This document shows positions 1-7,994 of a stretch of 32,000 nt of DNA, piece after piece. A program made the position numbers and the translations under genes. Source of the stretch: Bacillus subtilis subsp. subtilis str. 168 (GTDB lineage Bacteria; Bacillota; Bacilli; Bacillales; Bacillaceae); contig NC_000964.3 of assembly GCF_000009045.1 (NCBI RefSeq), forward strand, positions 360,001 through 392,000, in the 5' to 3' direction. Position 1 is the stretch's first letter, and each line of letters begins with the position of its first letter. The notes under the pieces were generated by a model. That model was given only the letters and a program-made list of their open reading frames with translations. It did no database searches and was not told the origin of the DNA.

Positions 1-435
1 TTTTGTCTGTAAGCCTACTCGTGCGAACTTCCCTAACAAATACGCCTCTTCATTTGTAATCGAGGCGCTTCCGTATACCGCCATGGCGTCATGTCCGTGT
101 TCAGTTTGGATCATTGTCACTTGGTCTTTGATATGATTCAGTGCTTCTTCCCAGGAAACAGGCATAAACTCGCCGTTTTTCTTCAGCAGCGGCCGGGTGA
201 TGCGGGAGGAGTTCAAGGCATGCTGGTGAGCATTCATGCCCTTGATGCATAGCCGACCCTGTGTCGTAGGATTATCAATCCCGATCGCAGTGTACTTTTT
301 GCGCGTGACGATGGTTTGTTCCACGAGCTGCATTTTGCACTGCATGCTGCAAAACGGGCATTGAGTGTCATATGTTTTTTCTGATTGGACGTCTTGCTGT
401 TTATCACGGAAATATCTAAGCAGTCGTTCAGTCAA
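1..435 (-). CDS. nasC: Assimilatory nitrate reductase catalytic (molybdopterin) subunit NasC, N-terminal 145 codons; the gene runs off the left edge
   Basis: The minus-strand frame is open from 435 to 1. It is absent from the ORF track because it has no stop in the window. TTG at 435-433 lies a few nt after GGATGAGG in the nasB 3-prime end. Translation MTERLLRYFRDKQQDVQSEKTYDTQCPFCSMQCKMQLVEQ...GRLCIKG carries the N-terminal C-x2-C-x3-C...C iron-sulfur motif typical of MopB-family oxidoreductases. It lies directly downstream of nasB. Confidence 0.85.
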   Translation of the reverse strand, partial: MTERLLRYFRDKQQDVQSEKTYDTQCPFCSMQCKMQLVEQTIVTRKKYTAIGIDNPTTQGRLCIKGMNAHQHALNSSRITRPLLKKNGEFMPVSWEEALNHIKDQVTMIQTEHGHDAMAVYGSASITNEEAYLLGKFARVGLQTK

Positions 436-441
436 AATGCC

Positions 442-2757
442 TCATCCTTTCTTATATGCGCCCGTCTCTACAGTCGGGTTTTGAATCAGTGACAGATCTG
501 TTTGGAGGCTTTCCAGCAGCTGTGCCCTTAGGTCTTCTTCGAATAGCACTTCTCTGATATGAACGATCCCGAGACGGTCTATCCACTGATGAACACCTTC
601 TAAGTAATGAGCCGTTTCCCGATAATACTGGATCAGTCCTTTGATCATGCCGGCAGTGCTGTCTTCGTTCTCAGTCACGCAAAACAAAGCTCCTGAACGG
701 GCATGAGTTCCCCGGACGCCGCCGATGTGAATGTCCCAGCCAGCTTGTGTCCGAATTGCGCCGACATCTTGCAGGGCGGCCTCGGTGCAGTCTGTTTCAC
801 ATGATAAGCTGATAGAAATGGGAGCGGGTAAGGGAAGCATCTCAAGTTGTCTTTCGATTTGGGCTGCCAGCTGCTGAATCGATCGATTTTGCCCGCATGT
901 ACATGCTTTGATGCTTTGCAGCGCGTGTCGGTGTTCATTAGTGTAAACGGGCATTTTCAGGTCTTTTTTCATGTTCGGGAGATCCGCAGGCTTGATCCCG
1001 GAAAGCTTCAGCCTTTGGCCGTGAGTGATGGATACGTCGGGAATGCTGTATGCCTCAATGATGTTGGCGATGGTTCTTAGCTGCTCCGCGTTTGTCCGCC
1101 CGCCGTACATTTGCGGAATCAGGATGCATGTCTCTTCAGTGGCTGGCTCAGGCTGGACAAACCCAGGGTACAGCATTTCCAGATAGTATTGAATCGCAGG
1201 AACACAAGTACTGCATCCGTTTTTTGTTTTCCAGTCAAGCTGGTTCATCACTTCTGCCGGATTAGTGAATGGCCTGCGCTGAAGCTCAGCGATGATGTCG
1301 TCTTCTGTAAAATCAGTACAGCTGCAAAACGAAGGTGTGCTGGCGGGCTTCGTATATTCGCTGTTGGTCATGTATCTCAAAAGGTCTTCAACGAGCGGTT
1401 TGCATCCTCCGCAGGACCCAGTGGCTTTGGTGCAGTGCTTGACTTCCTCAACAGTTGTTAAGCTATTCGTGTGCACCGCGTCTTCAATCGCGCCTTTCGT
1501 CACTGTGTTGCATTGGCAAATCGTTTCACTGGAAGGCATGGATTCAAATAAAGGGCCGCTTGTCTCCGGTTCGATGATCTGTTTTTTGGCAATGGAGATG
1601 TCTCGTTGTTTAAGCAGGCTGTCGAGAAGCCGCTGCTTGTCACGGGTGTCTCCGAATAAAATAACGCCGGCCAGTTTGTCATCTACAAAAAGCGCTTTTT
1701 TATAAACGCCTGCTTGTTCGTCGTAGATTTTGATGCTCGTCGTGCGTTCATCCTCTTGGATCTTTCCTGCTGACCACACATCGATTCCAGCTATTTTTAA
1801 CGCCGCAGATGGTGCTGAGCCTTGATATTCCTCACATGGAACGCCGCAAATATGACTGGCGAGCGCTTTTCCCTGCTCATAAAGCGGAGCCACCAATCCG
1901 TACACCGTTCCGTTATGCTCAGCGCATTCACCAACGGCGTAGATATTCGGTTCGCTTGTCTGCATGAAGTCATTCACGATGATCCCGCGGTTCACTTTGA
2001 TTCCAGCGGATACAGCCAATTCAATATTCGGTTTGACGCCGGCCGCCATCACAATCAAGTCTGCTTTTAATGAAGAGCCATCTTTAAAATGGATTCGGTC
2101 TGCCTTCGTGGCGCCGGAAATGGAGACGGTGTCTTTCTCCAAAAGAAAGGTTAGGCCTTTTTGTTCCAGCTCTGTTTGCAGCAGCCGCGCCGCTGTTTGA
2201 TCGAGCTGTTTTTGCATAATGCCGGCGGAGTGGTGAATGACGCTGACATCCATACCGAGATGCTGTAAACCTACTGCAGCTTCCAGTCCTAATAAGCCGG
2301 CTCCGATTACCGCAGCCTTTTGAAAGTGCTGGGCCATGTTCATCAGCGCTTGGCAGTCTTCTATTGTCCGAAATCCATAGACACCTTTTTTGTCTGCCCC
2401 GGGGATAGGGAGAATATGAGGGGAGGAGCCTGTTGCCACTATTAATTTGTCATACGACAGAGTGCGTTTCCGATCTGTGATGACCTGCTGCTGATCTGTA
2501 TCAATCTGAATAACCGTTTCGCCTGTGTAAAGCGTGATCCCGTGCTTGTCGTACCAATCCTTGCTGTTCAGTGTAATATCATCGAGTGACGCTTCACCCT
2601 GCAATACAGAGGATAAGAGAATGCGATTGTAATTGGGATGCGGCTCGCTTCCGAAAATGACAATCTCAAACATGTGGCGATTCAGCTTTAATACTTCTTC
2701 AATACAGCGGATTCCGGCCATGCCGTTTCCCGCTAACACTAATCTTTGTTTCTTCAT
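442..2757 (-). CDS. nasB: Assimilatory nitrate reductase electron-transfer subunit NasB (NirB-like flavoprotein)
   Basis: 771-aa ORF. It has an N-terminal GxGxxG (LAGNGMAG) and a second dinucleotide fold (VIGAGLLGLEAA). Two BFD-like 2Fe-2S Cys pairs are present (CQCN...CGGC and CSCT...CSTC). The C-terminal half is nitrite/sulfite-reductase-like. Protein recognised as B. subtilis NasB. Confidence 0.92.
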   Translation of the reverse strand: MKKQRLVLAGNGMAGIRCIEEVLKLNRHMFEIVIFGSEPHPNYNRILLSSVLQGEASLDDITLNSKDWYDKHGITLYTGETVIQIDTDQQQVITDRKRTLSYDKLIVATGSSPHILPIPGADKKGVYGFRTIEDCQALMNMAQHFQKAAVIGAGLLGLEAAVGLQHLGMDVSVIHHSAGIMQKQLDQTAARLLQTELEQKGLTFLLEKDTVSISGATKADRIHFKDGSSLKADLIVMAAGVKPNIELAVSAGIKVNRGIIVNDFMQTSEPNIYAVGECAEHNGTVYGLVAPLYEQGKALASHICGVPCEEYQGSAPSAALKIAGIDVWSAGKIQEDERTTSIKIYDEQAGVYKKALFVDDKLAGVILFGDTRDKQRLLDSLLKQRDISIAKKQIIEPETSGPLFESMPSSETICQCNTVTKGAIEDAVHTNSLTTVEEVKHCTKATGSCGGCKPLVEDLLRYMTNSEYTKPASTPSFCSCTDFTEDDIIAELQRRPFTNPAEVMNQLDWKTKNGCSTCVPAIQYYLEMLYPGFVQPEPATEETCILIPQMYGGRTNAEQLRTIANIIEAYSIPDVSITHGQRLKLSGIKPADLPNMKKDLKMPVYTNEHRHALQSIKACTCGQNRSIQQLAAQIERQLEMLPLPAPISISLSCETDCTEAALQDVGAIRTQAGWDIHIGGVRGTHARSGALFCVTENEDSTAGMIKGLIQYYRETAHYLEGVHQWIDRLGIVHIREVLFEEDLRAQLLESLQTDLSLIQNPTVETGAYKKG

Positions 2758-2838
2758 GTATCAGACCTCCTTTGGCGAAGCTCGTAAGTTTTCTCCTATT
2801 AAAAATTATGTCACAATGCATTGTTAACGCATTAAACG

Positions 2839-2855
2839 TGTCACAAAAACTTACA
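2839..2855. promoter_or_regulatory. TnrA box (TGTNA-N7-TNACA) in the divergent nasB/nasA control region
   Basis: TGTCACAAAAACTTACA fits the 17-bp TnrA/GlnR operator consensus. It lies in the 179-bp nasB-nasA intergenic region. A TATATC -10-like hexamer at 2883-2888 would put the box centre near -48 for nasA. Confidence 0.7.
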
Positions 2856-2936
2856 CATGTCTTTTCCAGAAAATAATGGTCCTATATCCTTGATTCAGAA
2901 AATGTAAAATAATGAGGGTCTAGAAAGGGGAATCTT

Positions 2937-4142
2937 ATGAAGCTGTCGGAACTGAAAACTAGCGGTCATCCACTCACTTTGCTCTGTTCCTTTTTATACT
3001 TTGATGTCAGTTTTATGATATGGGTTATGCTTGGGGCGCTGGGTGTTTATATTTCTCAGGATTTTGGCCTGTCTCCTTTTGAGAAAGGGCTTGTCGTAGC
3101 TGTGCCGATTTTATCTGGATCTGTGTTTCGTATCATTCTTGGTATTTTAACGGACAGAATCGGACCGAAAAAAACGGCAGTGATCGGGATGCTGGTGACG
3201 ATGATTCCGCTGCTTTGGGGGACATTCGGCGGCCGTTCCCTGACTGAGCTGTATGCCATCGGGATTCTGCTTGGCGTGGCGGGAGCAAGCTTTGCTGTAG
3301 CGCTGCCTATGGCCAGCCGCTGGTATCCGCCTCATTTGCAGGGACTTGCGATGGGGATTGCCGGAGCGGGGAACAGCGGCACGTTGTTTGCAACCCTGTT
3401 TGGCCCTCGTCTGGCAGAGCAGTTCGGCTGGCACATTGTCATGGGAATTGCGCTAATTCCATTATTGATCGTCTTTATTCTTTTTGTATCCATGGCAAAG
3501 GATTCCCCTGCACAGCCGTCTCCCCAGCCGCTCAAAAGCTATCTGCATGTGTTTGGGCAAAAGGAAACATGGTTTTTCTGCCTGCTGTACAGCGTCACAT
3601 TTGGCGGATTTGTCGGGCTCTCAAGCTTTTTATCTATTTTCTTTGTTGATCAATACCAGCTGTCAAAAATTCACGCAGGGGACTTCGTTACATTATGTGT
3701 GGCGGCGGGGAGCTTTTTCCGGCCTGTCGGGGGCTTGATTTCAGATCGTGTCGGCGGCACGAAAGTTCTTTCTGTATTGTTTGTCATCGTGGCACTGTGT
3801 ATGGCCGGAGTCAGTAGCCTGCCATCTCTCTCAATGGTTATTGTTCTATTGTTTGTCGGAATGATGGGGCTCGGAATGGGAAACGGCGCAGTATTCCAGC
3901 TCGTGCCGCAGCGCTTCCGCAAAGAAATCGGCATGGTGACGGGAATCGTCGGTGCGGCCGGAGGAATCGGAGGGTTTTTCTTGCCGAACATCTTAGGATC
4001 TCTCAAACAGATGACAGGCACATATGCTATCGGTTTTATCACGTTTTCCTGTATCGCGCTGCTGGCGTTTGCACTTGTGCTTGCCGCAGGCTATTACTGG
4101 CGGAAAAGCTGGAGCGCGGAAAGCAGCCCGGCGGATGTTTAG
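2937..4142 (+). CDS. nasA: Nitrate/nitrite transporter NasA (MFS, NNP family)
   Basis: 401-aa, highly hydrophobic, 12-TM-like ORF with glycine-rich NNP-type motifs ([21 protein letters not shown]). SD GAAAGGGGA is upstream of the ATG. Divergent from nasB. Confidence 0.9.
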
Positions 4143-4152
4143 GATTTTGACG

Positions 4153-4178
4153 GACACGCGTTTGTGCGTGTCTTTTTT
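4153..4178 (+). terminator. Rho-independent terminator after nasA
   Basis: GACACGC-gtttgt-GCGTGTC hairpin followed by TTTTTT, 10 nt after the nasA stop. Confidence 0.8.
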
Positions 4179-4215
4179 ATTTTCTCTTGATTTTCAACAG
4201 TGAACCGATCAAAAT

Positions 4216-4236
4216 AAATAGTAATTATTACGATTT
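4216..4236. promoter_or_regulatory. Zur box upstream of folE2 (yciA)
   Basis: AAATAGTAATTATTACGATTT is a near-perfect palindrome matching the B. subtilis Zur operator (AAATCGTAATNATTACGATTT). It ends 22 nt before the folE2 ATG. Confidence 0.85.
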
Positions 4237-4258
4237 GTTAGTGAGAGGAGTTTTCTGA

Positions 4259-5173
4259 ATGAATCAACATACGCTGCTCCCGAAAAAAACGGAGCGTCTT
4301 CAATACTTTGGATCGGTCAGTCCGATCAAAGGCGAGAAACCAGTGGAAAAAGAGAAAATGAAGGACCTGCAAAATATCAGGAAGGATTATTTTTTTGACA
4401 TTCAGCATGTAGGTGTAGCTAATGTGTCCCATCCAGTCACAATCACTTCTGCCATGATGCCTGCCGAGCAAACAACGGCTGCGAACTTTACAATGACTTG
4501 TAATTTGCCGAGAAATCAGAAGGGGATTAACATGAGCCGGTTAACAGAGCTGCTGCAAGTCTATCATCAAAATGGCTGGATTCTCTCATTTTCCTCTCTT
4601 CAGCAATTTACGAAAGAGCTTGCAGAAAACATGGACACATCATCTGCCACAGTTGAAGTGAGGTTTCCGTGGTTTTTCGAACGGAAAAGCCCGAAGCTTG
4701 AGAAAGCGGGTTTGATGCATGCTGATATATTCATGTCTGTCACCTATCGCAAAGATCAGCCGTTTAAACAGCGTGCCGGCATCTCAGCAAAAGTAACGAC
4801 TCTGTGCCCTTGCTCCAAGGAAATCAGCGAATACAGTGCCCATAATCAGAGGGGAACGGTCAGCATTTGGGCGGATATTCACCCGGCCGCATCGCTGCCA
4901 AGTGATGTTAAAGCTGATTTGCTTCACGCCGCAGAATCAAATGCTTCTGCGAGACTGCATCCGGTATTGAAGCGGCCTGATGAAAAAGCCGTGACAGAAA
5001 CGGCCTATGAAAACCCGAGATTTGTTGAGGATCTCGCCCGGCTGATTGCTGCAGATTTGTTTGAGCTTGAATGGGTGTCAGCCTTTGAGATTGAATGCCG
5101 AAATGAAGAATCGATCCATCTTCACGATGCCTATGCGAAGCTGTGTTTTTCGAAGGAAGTGGATAAAATATGA
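4259..5173 (+). CDS. folE2: GTP cyclohydrolase IB (zinc-independent FolE2; synonyms yciA, folEB)
   Basis: 304-aa ORF with GAGGAG SD 8 nt upstream. Recognised as the FolE2/MptA-type GTP cyclohydrolase (DUF198 family) of the B. subtilis Zur regulon. A Zur box lies directly upstream. Confidence 0.9.
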   Translation: MNQHTLLPKKTERLQYFGSVSPIKGEKPVEKEKMKDLQNIRKDYFFDIQHVGVANVSHPVTITSAMMPAEQTTAANFTMTCNLPRNQKGINMSRLTELLQVYHQNGWILSFSSLQQFTKELAENMDTSSATVEVRFPWFFERKSPKLEKAGLMHADIFMSVTYRKDQPFKQRAGISAKVTTLCPCSKEISEYSAHNQRGTVSIWADIHPAASLPSDVKADLLHAAESNASARLHPVLKRPDEKAVTETAYENPRFVEDLARLIAADLFELEWVSAFEIECRNEESIHLHDAYAKLCFSKEVDKI

Positions 5174-5754
5174 AACTCTCATTATTCATTATTGCAGTTC
5201 TTATGCCAGTCATCCTGCTGTCAGCCTGCTCCGATCATGCAGAAGAACACGCAAGTATCAATACAAAGAAAACGGTCGAAAACATAACGGACGTTCGAAA
5301 AACAGCAAAAACAAGCATTGATTGGACAAAGCCTTCGGGCGGAGAATACCCGGATATTAAACAGAAGCATGTCTGGATTGATGTGAATGTGAAGGAGCAG
5401 AAGGCTTACATCAAGGAAGGAAGCAACACCATCTATACAATGATGATTTCTTCTGGTCTTGATCAAACAAAAGATGATGCTACGCCAAAGGGCACCTTTT
5501 ATGTAGAGCCTGAACGGGGAGAATGGTTTTTCTCCGAAGGATACCAGGAAGGCGCAGAATACTGGGTATCATGGAAAAATCACGGTGAATTTTTATTTCA
5601 TAGTGTGCCAATGACTAAGGATCAAAAAGTCATCAAAACGGAAGCAGAAAAACTAGGAACGAAAGCATCTCACGGATGTATCAGGCTGACCATTCCAGAT
5701 GCGAAATGGGTATATGAAAATATCCCTGAACATACAAAAGTGGTGATCAGCTGA
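5170..5754 (+). CDS. yciB: Lipoprotein with L,D-transpeptidase (YkuD) catalytic domain, YciB
   Basis: 194-aa ORF. Its start overlaps the folE2 stop (ATGA). It has a signal peptide with lipobox LLSAC. The YkuD active-site motif SHGCIRL is near the C-terminus. Confidence 0.88.
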   Translation: MKLSLFIIAVLMPVILLSACSDHAEEHASINTKKTVENITDVRKTAKTSIDWTKPSGGEYPDIKQKHVWIDVNVKEQKAYIKEGSNTIYTMMISSGLDQTKDDATPKGTFYVEPERGEWFFSEGYQEGAEYWVSWKNHGEFLFHSVPMTKDQKVIKTEAEKLGTKASHGCIRLTIPDAKWVYENIPEHTKVVIS

Positions 5755-5765
5755 ATTGAAAACCG

Positions 5766-5794
5766 TTGACAAAAAGGAAAAAAGACCATACAAT
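5766..5794 (+). promoter_or_regulatory. Sigma-A type promoter for yciC (TTGACA-17-TACAAT)
   Basis: Consensus -35 TTGACA (5766-5771), exact 17-nt spacer, and -10 TACAAT (5789-5794). A Zur box starts 3 nt downstream. Confidence 0.75.
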
Positions 5795-5796
5795 TT

Positions 5797-5817
5797 AAAT
5801 CGTAACAATTACGTTTT
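5797..5817. promoter_or_regulatory. Zur box overlapping the yciC promoter/start site
   Basis: AAATCGTAACAATTACGTTTT matches the Zur operator. It is part of a 15-bp exact direct repeat CAATTTAAATCGTAA (5791-5805 and 6021-6035). Confidence 0.82.
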
Positions 5818-6026
5818 ATGATAAATGGCTTATCATTGTCTGTGCATCTGTGAAAAGCGGAAAGGCATCGATTAAGGATCTTGCTGTCGGCAAAGGCAAG
5901 GATTTGCGATGGGGAAAAGGATTAAACGCGGTTGGAGTCTTTACTGATTTAGAAATCGGGCGGCAGCGAGAAATGAGCGCGAAAAGCTGCTCTACACCAT
6001 TGTACATACGGCGAAGTATTCAATTT

Positions 6027-6047
6027 AAATCGTAATCATTCTATTTT
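6027..6047. promoter_or_regulatory. Second, half-degenerate Zur box just upstream of the yciC ribosome-binding site
   Basis: AAATCGTAATCATTCTATTTT has a perfect left half and a weakened right half (ATTCTA vs ATTACG). It ends 3 nt before SD GGAGG (6051-6055). Confidence 0.65.
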
Positions 6048-6062
6048 AATGGAGGCACTATT

Positions 6063-7256
6063 ATGAAAAAAATTCCGGTTACCGTACTGAGCGGTTATCT
6101 CGGTGCGGGAAAAACAACATTGCTGAACAGCATTTTGCAAAATCGCGAAGGCTTGAAAATAGCGGTTATCGTAAACGATATGAGCGAGGTGAACATTGAC
6201 GCGGGCTTGGTTAAGCAGGAAGGTGGCCTTTCCAGAACAGATGAAAAGCTTGTGGAAATGTCAAATGGCTGCATTTGCTGCACGCTTCGCGAAGACTTAT
6301 TAATTGAAGTTGAGAAGCTGGCAAAAGACGGACGGTTTGATTATATCGTCATCGAATCGACAGGAATCAGCGAACCGATCCCGGTGGCCCAGACTTTCTC
6401 TTATATCGATGAAGAGATGGGAATCGATCTTACAAAATTCTGTCAGCTGGATACGATGGTGACGGTTGTTGATGCCAACCGTTTTTGGCATGATTATCAG
6501 TCAGGCGAAAGCCTTCTGGACCGCAAAGAAGCATTGGGGGAAAAGGATGAAAGAGAAATCGCCGACCTCTTGATCGATCAAATTGAGTTTTGCGATGTAC
6601 TGATCTTAAATAAATGTGATTTGGTCAGCGAGCAAGAGCTCGAACAGCTTGAAAACGTTCTTCGTAAACTGCAGCCAAGAGCCAGGTTCATTCGTTCCGT
6701 CAAAGGAAATGTAAAACCGCAGGAGATTTTGCATACAGGGTTATTTAACTTCGAGGAAGCGAGCGGATCGGCCGGCTGGATTCAAGAGCTGACGGCAGGC
6801 CATGCGGAACACACCCCGGAAACAGAAGAATACGGTATCTCTTCATTTGTATATAAGAGACGTTTGCCGTTTCATTCTACACGATTTTACCGTTGGTTGG
6901 ATCAAATGCCAAAGAACGTGGTACGTGCCAAAGGAATCGTCTGGTGCGCATCTCATAACAACCTCGCTTTGCTGATGTCGCAAGCAGGTCCGTCGGTTAC
7001 GATTGAGCCTGTATCTTATTGGGTGGCGGCGTTGCCGAAGCTTGAGCAGGAGCAAGTCAAACAGCAGGAGCCGGAAATCCTGGAGGAGTGGGACCCGGAG
7101 TTCGGCGACCGCCTAACGCAGCTAGTTTTTATCGGAACTGACCTGGATGAAGAAACGATCACGAAAGAGCTTGATCAATGCCTGTTGACTGAGTATGAAT
7201 TTGATTCCGACTGGTCGCTGTTTGAGGACCCGTTTAAATGGAAGCTGAATCAATAG
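6063..7256 (+). CDS. yciC: COG0523 G3E-family GTPase, zinc metallochaperone YciC (ZagA)
   Basis: 397-aa ORF. It has Walker A GYLGAGKTT, the CxCC metal motif (GCICCT), ESTG switch and NKCD specificity motifs, and a CobW_C-like C-terminus. SD GGAGG is 7 nt upstream. The gene is Zur-boxed. Confidence 0.92.
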   Translation: MKKIPVTVLSGYLGAGKTTLLNSILQNREGLKIAVIVNDMSEVNIDAGLVKQEGGLSRTDEKLVEMSNGCICCTLREDLLIEVEKLAKDGRFDYIVIESTGISEPIPVAQTFSYIDEEMGIDLTKFCQLDTMVTVVDANRFWHDYQSGESLLDRKEALGEKDEREIADLLIDQIEFCDVLILNKCDLVSEQELEQLENVLRKLQPRARFIRSVKGNVKPQEILHTGLFNFEEASGSAGWIQELTAGHAEHTPETEEYGISSFVYKRRLPFHSTRFYRWLDQMPKNVVRAKGIVWCASHNNLALLMSQAGPSVTIEPVSYWVAALPKLEQEQVKQQEPEILEEWDPEFGDRLTQLVFIGTDLDEETITKELDQCLLTEYEFDSDWSLFEDPFKWKLNQ

Positions 7257-7291
7257 AAAAAAAGCCGTCCCATGGGGAACGGCTTTTTTTA
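7257..7291. terminator. Bidirectional rho-independent terminator between convergent yciC and yckA
   Basis: AAAAAA-AGCCGTCCC-atg-GGGAACGGCT-TTTTTTT. The stem is flanked by an A-run and a T-run, so it can terminate both strands. Confidence 0.85.
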
Positions 7292-7304
7292 ATGAAACGT
7301 TTGT

Positions 7305-7985
7305 TTAAACATAATGAGCGTATTTTTTCTCAAGGATATTCTGAAAGACCGCGGCAATGGAGCAGATGGCCCAATAAATGAGAGCGGTCAGAATATACAT
7401 GGTCATATAATCAAACTCTCTGCCCCCGATGATTTTCGCATGCTGGAGCAATTCCGGCACTGTAATCATCGCAGCGAGAGAGGACGCCTTGATCAAGTCG
7501 AGCAATACATTGGCAAGCGGAGGCAGCGCAATACGTATCGATTGCGGCAAAATGATGCCCCTCATCGTCTGCCAATAGGAAAGACCCAGCGAGGATGCGG
7601 CTTCCCACTGTCCTTTTTCGACGGATGAAATGGCTGAACGGTTAATTTCCGCAATGTAGGCGGCGCTGTTTAGGCTAAAGCCGATTAAAGCAGCCGTGAC
7701 AGCGGAAAATTCAATGCCGATATAAGGAAACCCGAAATAAAGGATAAACAAAATCACCAAAATCGGAACGCCTCGCATAAATGAGATATAGAGCTTCGCC
7801 GGCCATCTTAACAAAGCAAGTTTAGACATTCTGGCGAGTGATATGAACAGGCCGATCACAGTTCCCGCAAACATGCTTACAAAAGAGATGAGCAGTGTAT
7901 AACCAATGCCTTTTATGACATAAGGGAACGATTCAATGGCCAGCTTCGTGTTGAAAATATATTCCCACTGAATGCTATTGATCAT
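7305..7985 (-). CDS. yckA: Polar amino-acid ABC transporter permease YckA
   Basis: 226-aa hydrophobic ORF of the HisM/GlnP-type permease family. It has an EAA-loop-like segment (EAASSLGLSYWQTMRGIILPQ). It starts 9 nt after the yckB stop. Confidence 0.88.
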   Translation of the reverse strand: MINSIQWEYIFNTKLAIESFPYVIKGIGYTLLISFVSMFAGTVIGLFISLARMSKLALLRWPAKLYISFMRGVPILVILFILYFGFPYIGIEFSAVTAALIGFSLNSAAYIAEINRSAISSVEKGQWEAASSLGLSYWQTMRGIILPQSIRIALPPLANVLLDLIKASSLAAMITVPELLQHAKIIGGREFDYMTMYILTALIYWAICSIAAVFQNILEKKYAHYV

Positions 7986-7994
7986 GGCGTCCGA

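Noticed and set aside
5816-6035. Two overlapping ORFs (63 aa on the minus strand, 61 aa on the plus strand) in the yciC leader.
   Set aside because: Neither has a Shine-Dalgarno. The plus-strand ORF starts at a GTG with no upstream purine tract. Their compositions are not protein-like. The region is better treated as an untranslated leader between two Zur boxes.
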